DNA of 62,239 nt, filler included, from Aduncisulcus paluster (lineage: Eukaryota), in assembly GCA_024181965.1 (NCBI GenBank). It is 7 parts of 7 records of this genome, joined end to end, with 100 filler letters (N's around TTAATTAATTAA, not from the genome) between each part and the next. Parts side by side here need not be neighbours in the genome. Positions count along the whole stretch, not along the records: positions 32,900 to 40,842 come from BQXS01011152.1; positions 40,943 to 48,411 come from BQXS01011154.1; 5 more parts are not named here. One strand, 5' to 3'. Each line of letters begins with the position of its first letter. The stretch's first letter is position 1. This document shows positions 35,190 to 46,800 of this stretch, in pieces. The position numbers and the translations under genes were made by a program. Below the pieces are notes generated by a model, which saw only the letters and a program-made list of their open reading frames with translations, had not been told where the DNA came from and searched no databases.

Positions 35190-38100
35190 TCATTTTAACA
35201 ATGGGCAAGGGAGTGTAAAATAATATTTATCGAAAGAAAATTGAGATATTGGGGAAATATCGATTTCTGTACCACTGGCAATGATTTTGGCATCATTCAT
35301 GAGTTTTCTAAATTGATTCTTAAGATAAGGATATGAATAAAATGAAATTTCAAGATTATCTACCTTGCTTTTCAAATTTGAAATAGATTTTTCAATTGAA
35401 GGACAATTGTCGCTAGGGCAAGTACCTTGTTGCAATAAATCTAATAATTCATCGATTTGTTCCATTATATTAACCATTGATGGCTTATGATCATCACTAT
35501 CCGGAAGTAATGGATATTTAGACGTTTTAAGGGTACATAATAACAATTCCAGCAAACTATCTTTTTTACCCTCTTTCTCACGAGCTGCCTCGATTCCAAC
35601 AATCATTAGAATGAATCCCCATAATCTTTCCCGAAATAGCTCTCTTTGTGAGAAATTCCAGACAACTTTCTCAGTTGTCGCAACCCCCGTTCTTACTTTG
35701 TCAAGGCAAGAAATGGCCACCAATAAAGTGGAATAGAAAGCTTCGTGGGCTCTAAATGAGGAAATATATGAAGGGGGGAGAGAAAATGGTGAAGCTGGGA
35801 GAGGTTTAAACTGGGGAACAACTTTTTTGTTTCCCTTTTTCCCTTTCTTTCCCTTTTTCCCTTTCTTCCCCTTTTTCCCACCGGAAGAAGAAGAACCTGA
35901 TCCTTGGTCACCGGAACTTGTCATTTTCTTCACCTCTTCCTTCCTTCTCTTGAGCTCGGCATCTCTAACTTTTCTACGAATCTCCTCTTCTTCCGCCATC
36001 ATTCGACATATCGTAGTACTCACAGAGAGCCAACGAGTCACTATAAGGTTCAGACACTGGGTCAGAGTAGTGAGTGGGAGTAGTTCCCATGGGGCTGGGA
36101 GATTAAGGTTCCACATTAGGGAAATCTTCTGAGAAACTATAATAAACATGTGAATAAGAACATGGGTTGAGAAAATACCTAAATATAGATCTCCATTATC
36201 AATAGAATCGAGAAGATAGCAGAGAGATGGAGGGAATGCGGTTAAAAAGGCTGTCAAGGAGGGATAGTTGGCAGGATCAAAGGTGAGTAAATCCTCATCA
36301 CATCCAATATATTTGTCTTTCTCTCCTTCTCTTTCTTTTTCCTTCTTTTCTCCTTCTTCCGTGGTCATGGACATTAATTTAGATTGACAAGCCCTCTTCT
36401 TTCTCAAGAATTTGATTAACTGCTCATCCATCTTTACACTCTTTCTGAACAGCTCTAGCCAAACAGAATTCAGGGAGGACCAATCATCTCGCTCGCCTTT
36501 TTCTCTCTCAAACATAGATGTCTTCCCTTGGGAACACAAACAAAGGGAATAGGAGGATACCACGCTTGAGAACATGGAGCTACGTGCTGATAAAAGGGAG
36601 TCGAACCAAGATATATCTGTCAGGGTGATATCGACAGAGTCTCTGAACTGACCTAAAACAGATCGAAAGGGGAGGAATGGGAATACAAAGGAATATGAAG
36701 CTGCAGTTGAGTGTAAGTGGAGTGGGACAAGGGGGAGATTCAGAGCGAAGGGAGAGGACAAGGAGACTAAGGACTCGCTTGGAGAGACCTGAGCTGATGT
36801 TTTCTTTCCTTTGAGCATGTCAGACATCCAAGTGATCGTATTGGCAATGAAACCTTTGTGTTNNNNNNNNNNNNNNNNNNNNATCGACAGAGTCTCTGAA
36901 CTGACCTAAAACAGATCGAAAGGGGAGGAATGGGAATACAAAGGAATATGAAGCTGCAGTTGAGTGTAAGTGGAGTGGGACAAGGGGGAGATTCAGAGCG
37001 AAGGGAGAGGACAAGGAGACTAAGGACTCGCTTGGAGAGACCTGAGCTGATGTTTTCTTTCCTTTGAGCATGTCAGACATCCAAGTGATCGTATTGGCAA
37101 TGAAACCTTTGTGTTCCTTTGATGTAGCGTGCGAAGACATATGTGACAATGGAAGAGCTGGAGTCGAAAGAGCAGAAAAGAAAGGAAGGTGGAGAGCAAT
37201 GGCTCTGTGGATGATAGGGGCTTGGCGGAGAAAAGTGGACATTGAGATCTGGATTGAGAAGAAGGAGAGAGGGAAAGGAGATCGAGGCTGGGTGGAAGAA
37301 GAAGAGGAAGAGGAAGATTGTCCTTCACCTATACCTTCCCAAATAAACTCAGTTCCAAGGGTTTGAATCCATTCTCCAAGTTCTTTGACCTTATTGACAA
37401 GTAAATGAAGATGAGAACGGCATAATTCTTCACTCCGTAGTGAAGCACTCTTGAAGAGAACTCCCACCCTGATAGAGAACAAGAATGGAGATAGGCAGAG
37501 ATGAGGGAAGAATACATGGGAATTGTCACTGTATCCGAGCTCTTTTCGAACAGACGGCACATATCTTATATGCTCTTGAGAGAAGGCTCCACTACCTGAG
37601 AGGAATGGATGATCGGTTGATACCCAACCACGTGATAAGGGAACGGTGTAGGGGGCTTCAAGGGAAGTGTATGGGGGAATAAATGGATCATGGGACTTGT
37701 CAGTTGATGTGTCGGTTCTAGACGGTGTGTTGGCCGGCTGTGAAGAAACTATAATTGGATTTTTGAGAACATTTAACATTTGATTTGCATTCTTCACAAT
37801 ACTTTTCCCGCTGCTATTCAATTCACTCTGTATCCTTAACAATCTGGAAATATGGATACAAGAAGTACAAGAAGAGGAAGGGAGAGAGGAAGAAGAGGAG
37901 GAGGAGGAGGAAGGATATGAGGGGAAACGAGATGACAACGGAAGACTAGCCGATGGAGAAGATACCATTGCGGGACTCTTTCTGAGAGTTTCTTTGGCGT
38001 CATCTTCTTCCACATATAAAACACGGAGCATACGGAGTATACTTTGCATCAGTTTGGTCCGTGGAAGGATATACAAAAGTGCAGCCTGAGCAGCAGCACC

Positions 38101-39314
38101 ACCGACATGCCTTGCAAACTCCATTATACTCTTGGAAGCCTCTTTGGCGTGAGTCTCTACCTCCAAGAAGTTATGTTGGGTTTCCTGTCCAAGCATGTGC
38201 ATTGAGCTCGGAGAAAGGGGTGAAACAAGAGTCCCGAGGAAATAACGAACAGCATCAAGGACACTGAAGAGCAGTTTGATGGCCAAGGATAAGTATAAGC
38301 CACTATCTGTTCGGGAGATCGATTCAAGGGCATATTGAATGATATCTTCCTGCTTTGGGGTTGGTTTGGAGGGGAAATATGGATCTTTATGGGGATTTGA
38401 TGATTTAGATTCAGTTGGATATATTTCTTCTTCTTCTTCTTCCCTTCCCGAAAAAGAAGGTTTGAAATATGACTGTCCTTGGCATTCTGAATGATGTTTT
38501 CCAATATATTCTCTGTATGGGGGAATATTTGTCAATAATTCCTTGATGGGCTTTGATGAAGAATGCAAAAATAAATTCCAACAAATTACAGTAAAACTCT
38601 CTGCAAAATCTGGATTTTTTAACATGCTATGACATAATATTGAATCGGCAGATGATTCTCCATCGAGAAAATGGAAAATATCGTCGAGAGCTGAGTCAAA
38701 ACAGAAGGAGAGAAGTAGAATAAACTGAGAGGGAGGATTTTCCAATGATGAGTTTGGAACAACTGAGGTTGTTTCTGACATTTGTTTCCATTCTTCAACG
38801 GATTTGGCATACTTATTCAGCGAAGGAATTTGCGTGGAAAGAATATGGGAACATAATATCATACACTCAACAGATCGACTGCTGAGAATTTCTCCACACT
38901 TCAAAAGTGTAAACGCCTCTCTATAATGATACCCTGAATCCATTTTTTCATTTCCAAGAATAGGACATGACATTAATGACTCAGAATTGGAAGTAGATAT
39001 ATACTCCCCTCTATCAAGCTTTAAAGCCTCTTTAATGAGCTTATCTTTAATAGATATTGCTTTTTCAGAGATTTTATCCATAAATAGTTGAAAGACTCCT
39101 TCAACAAGTGCGGGAAAAGCCCAATCGAATGAATTGGGTGAGATCTGGCCATTTTTTGTGCTTTTCCGGCATAAATTTTCCACAATAGAAGTTTTAATGT
39201 CAATATTGCAGATTAATTTTGAAGGGTCACAAGGATCGAATCGATATAGATTCTGAGAGGCGTATTTATGGTGGTGACAGTGAAATAAATTATTATTTGA
39301 ATCTTACTTACCAT
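35190..39314 (-). CDS. NAA35: NatC auxiliary subunit NAA35/Mak10-like; one gene across the 36863-36882 gap; exon 1 coding part is ATG only
   Basis: ATG(39312-39314)|GTAAGT…CTCAG 59-nt intron (39253-39311) is in frame. KLDRGEYI…LMS…NEKMDSG resembles Mak10 L..GEL…MSA.E..DPKMDSG. Lys-rich tract then SQRELFRERLWGF. The two ORFs overlap through the duplicated gap flank. Confidence 0.65.
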
Positions 39315-39626
39315 ATTTATGCTAATTTATACATTCATTTTACGCTGTTTTATGAAAGTCTCTATTCTGAATAACGGATTACCGTTTCTCCTTCTTGAAA
39401 ATAATATTGTCGCTTAATTGTATGTATTTAATTATTATATTTGGTCATTATTGTGTTATATATACTAGTGAATGAATTGTTGTTTTAACAACCTTCCGGA
39501 CGTTTTTTGTAATATCTCCTTGTTTTCACGATTTTCATTTATATTTCATTTGATTATGACCATTTTATTTTATAATAACGATATTCTAATAACATTTCAT
39601 TGATATCCTTTCTTAGCTCCTCTAGC

Positions 39627-40506
39627 ATGATTACTGTTGATCCTGAATTTGTTTGTAGAGAAATTGGAAGAGGAAAGTGTCCAATTCCTCTTGATGATCC
39701 CGAACTTGTTAAACCAGACTTTCCAAGTATTACTGGTTTTCTCTATAACACGTCAGAAGAGTGTGAGGATGACGAGGAGGAGGTTAATGACGAGGAGGAG
39801 GAGGGAAGAAGAAGAAGAAGAGAAAGGGGATGAGCTGAATGAGGATGCCCAAGAGGTTTTAACGGGAGTCAAGAATGATACCAACTTTTCCAAGATTGGA
39901 GCTTCTTTTGTTCCTCCTGCCACAATTAAAGGTGCTTACATTTGTATTAAGGTTGGTAAAGCAAAATGGGCTTATCCACCGAACAGAATTACCTTGGATT
40001 TTACTATTGAGCAACCCAATGGAGAGGAAGAGGAAGGGGATGATTTTGAAGAAAAGAATCATAAGACCTTTTCATATGACTTTGCTGATCAAACGTCAAC
40101 CCGAAGGGGTGGTCGTGAATATGTTTGGTTTTATCTCCCTGTTGATTTGGATGGTATTGTTCATTGTGATGTTAGGGGGACACGTTTTGGAAGGATCAAG
40201 TACAGAAATGTCTTCACTATCCTCTCTCTTCTTTTCACAAAGGAGAAGTTGAGCATTAGCGAGGAAGTGATCCACAAGGGATATGAAAGGAAGGGAGATG
40301 AAGAAATGGAAGAAGAGGAAGAAGAAGAGGAAGAAGAGGAAGAAATGGATAAGGAAGAACAAAGGGAAGAGAAGGAAGACTGTGTTGAAGAGGAAGAAAA
40401 GAAGGAAGAAGAGAAGATCTCACATTCTTCGACAAAACAAGAACAAGAGGTTACTGAAGTCAAAGAAGCCAAAGAAGCCAAAGAAGGAGGATGTTTCTCC
40501 TGTTAA
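39627..40506 (+). CDS. Acidic protein with the unnamed domain; 1-nt frameshift near 39803-39805; ends GGCFSC
   Basis: MITVDPEFV…CPIPLDDP joins the frame carrying IKGAYICI…WFYLPVDLDGIVHCDV if one G is removed from GAGGGAAGAA. Confidence 0.65.
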
Positions 40507-41123
40507 AGTTGTATATCTTTGTATGCTTGAAAAGTATCCGTGTTTCTTGCACATTGTTATTCGTTTTCCTACTGTGATATTTTGTTTGTTTTTGTGCTCT
40601 ATTTAATTCTGTATTATTGTGCCGTAATTTAGCAAATTGCTATTTTTTTTCAGTTATTTGTATCCTACAACTCTACCAGCACTGGTAGTTTCATTTAATA
40701 AAACCTTCTGTGTAAACCCAATGATTTAGATATCTGTTTGATACCATCAAGCATTAGAAATGCTCCAACTTGTAGAAATCGTTGTCTTGAAAATTTCAAG
40801 TTGAAATTGTCATCGTTCAGTTAGAAAATATATCATATAATTNNNNNNNNNNNNNNNNNNNNNNNNNNNNNNNNNNNNNNNNNNNNTTAATTAATTAANN
40901 NNNNNNNNNNNNNNNNNNNNNNNNNNNNNNNNNNNNNNNNNNGTGAAAGACAGCGGATTGATGACGAAGAGAAAGAGCTCAAATTTCTCAAAGAGTTTCA
41001 GCCCCAGAGAGATAGTAGTGATTCTACATCTGATCATGATGATATTGTCACTGATGACGCTACCAAGGCCTTTTCCAATTCCTCTTCCTCCTCCATCCCA
41101 ACCTCTGCCTCTCTCTCCTCTAG

Positions 41124-43427
41124 ACGTCAAGAACCTTGCAACCGATTCCTTCCTCTTCTCTTTCTCTCTCCACTCCTTGTGCTGTGATAATATCGTGTGA
41201 TTACCTCATGCTCGATGGAAGAAGTATAACAAGCGCAATCAGACAATGTATTTCTATTTTTAGTTCTGAGAAGGTTTCGAATGAGCTTGATTTGTGTATG
41301 AGGACATATGCCAATCGTGAAAGACAGCGGATTGATGACGAAGAGAAAGAGCTCAAATTTCTCAAAGAGTTTCAGCCCCAGAGAGATAGTAGTGATTCTA
41401 CATCTGATCATGATGATATTGTCACTGATGACGCTACCAAGGCCTTTTCCAATTCCTCTTCCTCCTCCATCCCAACCTCTGCCTCTCTCTCCTCTTCTCT
41501 GACAATGTTCTATCAACCCTCTGGTGGATCCATTCGTAGTTCTATTGCAACGCCAATGGCTCATCCCTCTGGAACAGGAGCTCCACGTGATGGTGAGGCT
41601 GATAGACCTTCAATTGTCCCAAAGCTTTCACACCCCTCTTTTGCTCCTTCGACTCCTCTTCTCTCCTCATCGTGTGATTTTTCTAATGTTTCCTCAAATA
41701 TGCCTGCAGTTCAACGTAAACTCAAGGTACGAACTTCTCATCGACCAATCCGACCTCACACTCCCTCGGCCAAAGATAGGGCTGAGACACTCAAACAACT
41801 TACTCCACGCTCATCAACAGGTTCCGATGGGGCTGGAAAGAAGAAACGAGCTCGTGACGATGAGATATATGGTGTTAATATGCAAGAACAGGCTTTCTTA
41901 TCGTTACGGCGGACTCTTGAGCTCGGATATATTCAGTATGAAGAGCCAATATCGACTGCCCCCATGTCTCCTTCCCCTGCTCCTTCTCTTGGGCACTCGG
42001 TCTCTGATGATGGGGATGAAATGGCTCTGGATGGGGTTCATATTGGGTTGGGTGGAGTGCAGCGTCAGGATAGTATATTAGATATTGAGAAACTTGAAGT
42101 TGGACATTCTTATGGAGTTGGTGATACGACTATCGGAAGATCCTCAAGCAAGGTTGGGGATTCGATGTTGCCTTCAGCCTCAGTTCATTCAATGCGTGAC
42201 GTTACGACTCCACTCTCTCCTTCTTCTCTCTCTACTTCTTCCCCTGTGTTGCACCACTCTCAGAGCAGATCCAAGATGACCTCTTCCGCTCTTGGGATTG
42301 GCGACCGAGAATCGTCGACTTCTTCGTTACCTTCTGCTTCCCTCTCAGCATATGCTCTTTCTGCAATTATTTCATCCTTAGCCTCGAAATATCCTCAGAT
42401 TCGGGTATCTACATGTATTATACTGGGACTATTGCCTCCTGAAATTTCATGTAAGAGTATTCTATTTTTAGAATCAGTTTTGACCGATGAAGATCCTTCT
42501 GTTCGTGAGGCTGCAGCAACTGCTTGTGGATCTCTAAGTTGTTGTGTTGATGAGGACGGAATTCGGAAGTTGATTGCATTGCTTGGCGATGGTCTTTGGA
42601 TCGTAAGGGTAGCCAGTTGTGTTGCCCTTGCTAAGATTGGAGATAGGGCCCAAAAGGCCATTCCTTTTCTTCTCCATGCTCTCAAAGATGGCTCTCTCCC
42701 TCGTTATCAAGCCACACGCACTCTAGCCATGTTGGGAGCGTCTGGTCAACGTGCCTTACTCCATGTTTTGAGGAGTCAGCGAGGTGTTATTCGAGTCAAG
42801 GCTGCGGCGGCTGAAGGTTTGGCTTGGACATCCATCGATTCTCCAATCCTTGAGGAAGTCTCTCAGAGGTTGTGTGAATGTGTTCGGGATCGCCAGCCCA
42901 CTGTAAGATGTGCTGTTCTTCGAGCCATTACAACTCTGGCCAAGAAGACTGCTCAATGTCATACGTCTATTACTTTCCTTCGAAGCAGTAATTTGCTTCC
43001 TTTGTTGTATTCATTCCTAAAGGATCGTGAGAAGAATGTTGCTTTACTGGCGGCATCTCTATTATCTGCGTGTGGAGTTCAAGGAGAGATGATGTTGAAT
43101 AATGCCCTCCATCAGGATACCTCTGTAAGTGTTCGTGAGAGTGCCGTGCATGGTGTTGCTTGTACCGGTGTGAAGGGACTCGCTTCTCTTCTATTGGCTT
43201 TTAGAGATGTCTCCCCAATCGTACGGAATGCTGTGTCAAATGCTGTTTTGAAACTTGGACGTCAGAGAATCGAACAATATGTCCTTTATGAAATGAATCG
43301 ACGTCAATGTGAAACCCTCTTGCAGCTTTTGTCCCGAGTTTCAACAAACCCATATCCTCGTGAAGAAACACTTGATGTGCTTATTGAAGAGATTATTGGT
43401 GTCATTCGAAGTAAGATTGAAGCTTAG
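41124..43427 (+). CDS. HEAT/PBS-lyase-repeat protein, 5' partial
   Basis: LTDEDPSVREAAATACG, LLGDGLWIVRVASCVALAKIG, LHQDTSVSVRESAVHGV. Confidence 0.8.
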   Translation, partial: TSRTLQPIPSSSLSLSTPCAVIISCDYLMLDGRSITSAIRQCISIFSSEKVSNELDLCMRTYANRERQRIDDEEKELKFLKEFQPQRDSSDSTSDHDDIVTDDATKAFSNSSSSSIPTSASLSSSLTMFYQPSGGSIRSSIATPMAHPSGTGAPRDGEADRPSIVPKLSHPSFAPSTPLLSSSCDFSNVSSNMPAVQRKLKVRTSHRPIRPHTPSAKDRAETLKQLTPRSSTGSDGAGKKKRARDDEIYGVNMQEQAFLSLRRTLELGYIQYEEPISTAPMSPSPAPSLGHSVSDDGDEMALDGVHIGLGGVQRQDSILDIEKLEVGHSYGVGDTTIGRSSSKVGDSMLPSASVHSMRDVTTPLSPSSLSTSSPVLHHSQSRSKMTSSALGIGDRESSTSSLPSASLSAYALSAIISSLASKYPQIRVSTCIILGLLPPEISCKSILFLESVLTDEDPSVREAAATACGSLSCCVDEDGIRKLIALLGDGLWIVRVASCVALAKIGDRAQKAIPFLLHALKDGSLPRYQATRTLAMLGASGQRALLHVLRSQRGVIRVKAAAAEGLAWTSIDSPILEEVSQRLCECVRDRQPTVRCAVLRAITTLAKKTAQCHTSITFLRSSNLLPLLYSFLKDREKNVALLAASLLSACGVQGEMMLNNALHQDTSVSVRESAVHGVACTGVKGLASLLLAFRDVSPIVRNAVSNAVLKLGRQRIEQYVLYEMNRRQCETLLQLLSRVSTNPYPREETLDVLIEEIIGVIRSKIEA

Positions 43428-43870
43428 ATGATGCCAAATAATCTTAAATCTTAAAATCAAGCTGACATGTGAAATTATCCTCTGATCCTCTTTAGTTAGT
43501 AAACCGTCACTATGTCCAGGCCTTATAAACTATGTTGATTCAACACAATGACATTGATTCATTTATGTCTTAAAACATCCTCTGTCATATTCTTGGAGGA
43601 ATTTATACAAAACAAATAGAGTTTTTCAGATTTTTATTGGATTCCAGAAAAAATATCGATGAAACTAGTCAAAAAAATACGAAAAGTGAGAAAATTTGGA
43701 ATTATTCCCCCATTTTACAAAAATTTATAACAATATATTTTTTAAGAATCTATTTTTAGAATTTCTATTTTTAGAACACCAAATTTTCTTTTTTCTTTTT
43801 TGGACATTCACGTAATTTTTGCCTTTTTAAACCAATGTAAAAAGATGAAAATAAAAAGATATTAACAAAA

Positions 43871-46800
43871 TCAAAGTGATTTTTCACAGTTTCGAATGTA
43901 TCGTTTAAAATCGCCACCAAATATTGTTTTTTCTCTCTTGAATCTGGCTGGAACAGTATTAAACCACCTTAAATGTTCGTCATCAATTGCTAATTCTTCC
44001 AATTTTTCACTTTCATTGATCCATTCCAGAAGAAATTGAAATTTCGGGAAAATCTTTGAAACAAGAGAAGGAATCGTAGAAAACATTGAGATTAGTTTCC
44101 CCCAAATAAAAATCCCAGGTCCTTTCACCTTTTCAAATATCTTGCGCCATTTTAATAATTGATCACTGGTCTTTTTAAATACCTGATGAGCATGAGCTGG
44201 ATCACAACATAAATTTGCAAAAAATAACAAAGCATATTCGTGATAATCTTTTGTTATTTTCTTTCCAACGAATTCCTTTTTCACAATATCAACAACGGGA
44301 TCAAATAGAGACCAAGCTTCAGCACAAATGGATTCATTGGGAGCATTCTCTTCGCTTGACCAAGTAACATACGCAAGAACACACATCCAATCGCCTAATA
44401 TACAACTATCAGGGTATTTCTTCAGCCATCTTTTAAAATATGGGTTAATTAGTCTTATAATACTGGTCTTAGTCCCTGATGAATGACAATTGCAGAAATT
44501 ATGGAGGGTTATTGTTACATTTGTAGCAACATTCTTCCCCAGTTTTCCTTCAGAACCTCGTTTTAACAGATTTTCAAAATTCGAAATAATTTTGGGAAGG
44601 AAAGAGTCTTGGAATCTACTTTTATACCTACAGAATAAATTATCGGTATAATTTACACACATTGTGGAAAATTCTTCATCGAGGAATTCCGACATTACTC
44701 GATGAAATCTTGAAAGATCATTTATAAACGAATCAATAAGATTATTAAGATCAGAGATGGGGAGATATATAGTATGTTGATTGGAAACATGCCGAATGAT
44801 GTTATTCAAACAATGGAAACACACAAATATCTCTTTAATATTCTGTCTAACTAACGAACTGGTTCTGAATCTACGAAAGACGGAGAGGATAGCTTGACGA
44901 TTATCATGGTAGAGTCTTGCAGTTGATGCTGAATCTGAGCATTGTCGTATTGAAAAGAGCAGATCTCCCCATTGTCTCAGGTTTGGATCACAATTACTGA
45001 GATAAACACAATAGCTATCACTTCTGCTCAAATCATTGTCATAACACCATTTCATTGCAGAATCGAACTTGGGTGTCAGATGAGAAACATTGTCAGAACC
45101 AGTTGAGAGCATGGAAACAAGATTTGACCAATATGTGATAGCAAGTTGATCCTTACTTCTTTTTATAACTTTAAACCAATCTTCAAGCATATCTTTAATA
45201 TCGTCATGAATCACGTGGACACAATCAGATAATGAACATAAATTAGCAACAAATTGTAAATAACATTGATGTTCAGCCATCACAAGCCCATCTCCTGTAA
45301 AGATGTTCTTCACAATACTGAGAATAGGATAAAACAAAGACCAAGCCTTAAGAAAAACATCTTCATTTGGAGGCTCTGTTTCAAATGAGGATGTTACATT
45401 TGATAAAATAACCATCCAATATCCAGAATATTCATTTTTTCGATATAACTTCAACCAATCTTCAATATAAGGCGATATAAGTTCAAAGATAGATGTTTCT
45501 GGGAGCTTTGTTGATGCTGATAGATATTTGAGAGATTGTAAGATATTAGAAATTAACTCAGAAGAATGTATGACTTCTTTGCATCCACTTTCAAGGTGGT
45601 ATCTAAAAGATGGAGCTATCTTGTGAAACAAGGAAGTTTCTATATTTTTCACAGCATCCAAATAATCATGAATTATTTTAAAATAGAGTACTGATGCTTT
45701 TCCTCCTAATACCTTCTCCATCCTTGTAAGATGATCAATGAAAGTGTCAATCAGTTCATGAAGATCAGGTGTTGGAAGACAGATCCTCTCATCTTGTACC
45801 GTATGACAAATGAACTTTCTCAGATTCTGGAAACAAATAATGATTTGTTTCTCATAGGTTTGAATATCTATTTCTGTCTGGAAGTCTTCTAAGGCTGCAA
45901 GAATAATTTTATAATGTTTTTGATAGAGTTCTAGAGTCTCTTGTGCATCAGAACACCTTTCAATTCTCAATGGTTTTATCAACTCATTCCACCCTTTCCA
46001 GTCTGGATAACAGTATCTCGTATACCGGGAGAAATTGGCAGATCCCTCACCCCCATTATTACAATTGCACCATTCCATGGCAATGTCAAATTTTGGAGAT
46101 ATTTTTGGAACTAATGATGACACAGAACACAGTCTTGAAATGAGCTCAGACCAATATTGAATGCCTAATTTATGGTTATCTTTCTTAATTGCGACATACC
46201 ACCCATGAAGAAGATCCTTTGTCTTGTCGTATATTTGAGGAATATAACTTGGGTCACAACACAGATTAGACAAGAATCGAAGAACATGTTCATGACCATC
46301 AACAATAATACTTTGCCTGACAAAGTCTTTCCTAACAATATCAATAACAGGGCCGAAAAGGGGCCAAACCTCAGAACAGAGAGAAAAGTCAGATTTCGAA
46401 GTGGAAATGTTTGCCAATATCTCCATCCACAGTCCAATAACCTCACCTTTATCATGAAACTTTGATGACCAAGGCTTAAGGTATTTTTTAACCAAAGAAA
46501 TGATTGATAACTTCGTGGATATTGAGTTAAATTTAGAAAAATTAAACAAGGATATCAACAATAATACATCTGAATCTCCATTTAATTTTTCTTTGCTTCC
46601 TCTTATTAAATCTCGTTTAAATATGGGAGAAAGTTTCTCATAGAGAACTTCACATGAGGATAGTTCACTACATTTTGATGTGATGTTCCAAAAAATTTCC
46701 TCACTGTTTTCCCCCAATATATCTTTCGTCTTGATAAGATGATCCAAGAAAGTGTCATTGAGATCTTGAAGTTCATCAATGGGAAGTAACATCCATTTCG

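Noticed and set aside
40943-41495. 179-bp direct repeat (40943-41121 = 41317-41495)
   Set aside because: At the scaffold edge, out of frame (offset 374), and it creates a stop ahead of the HEAT gene; probably a chimeric contig end.
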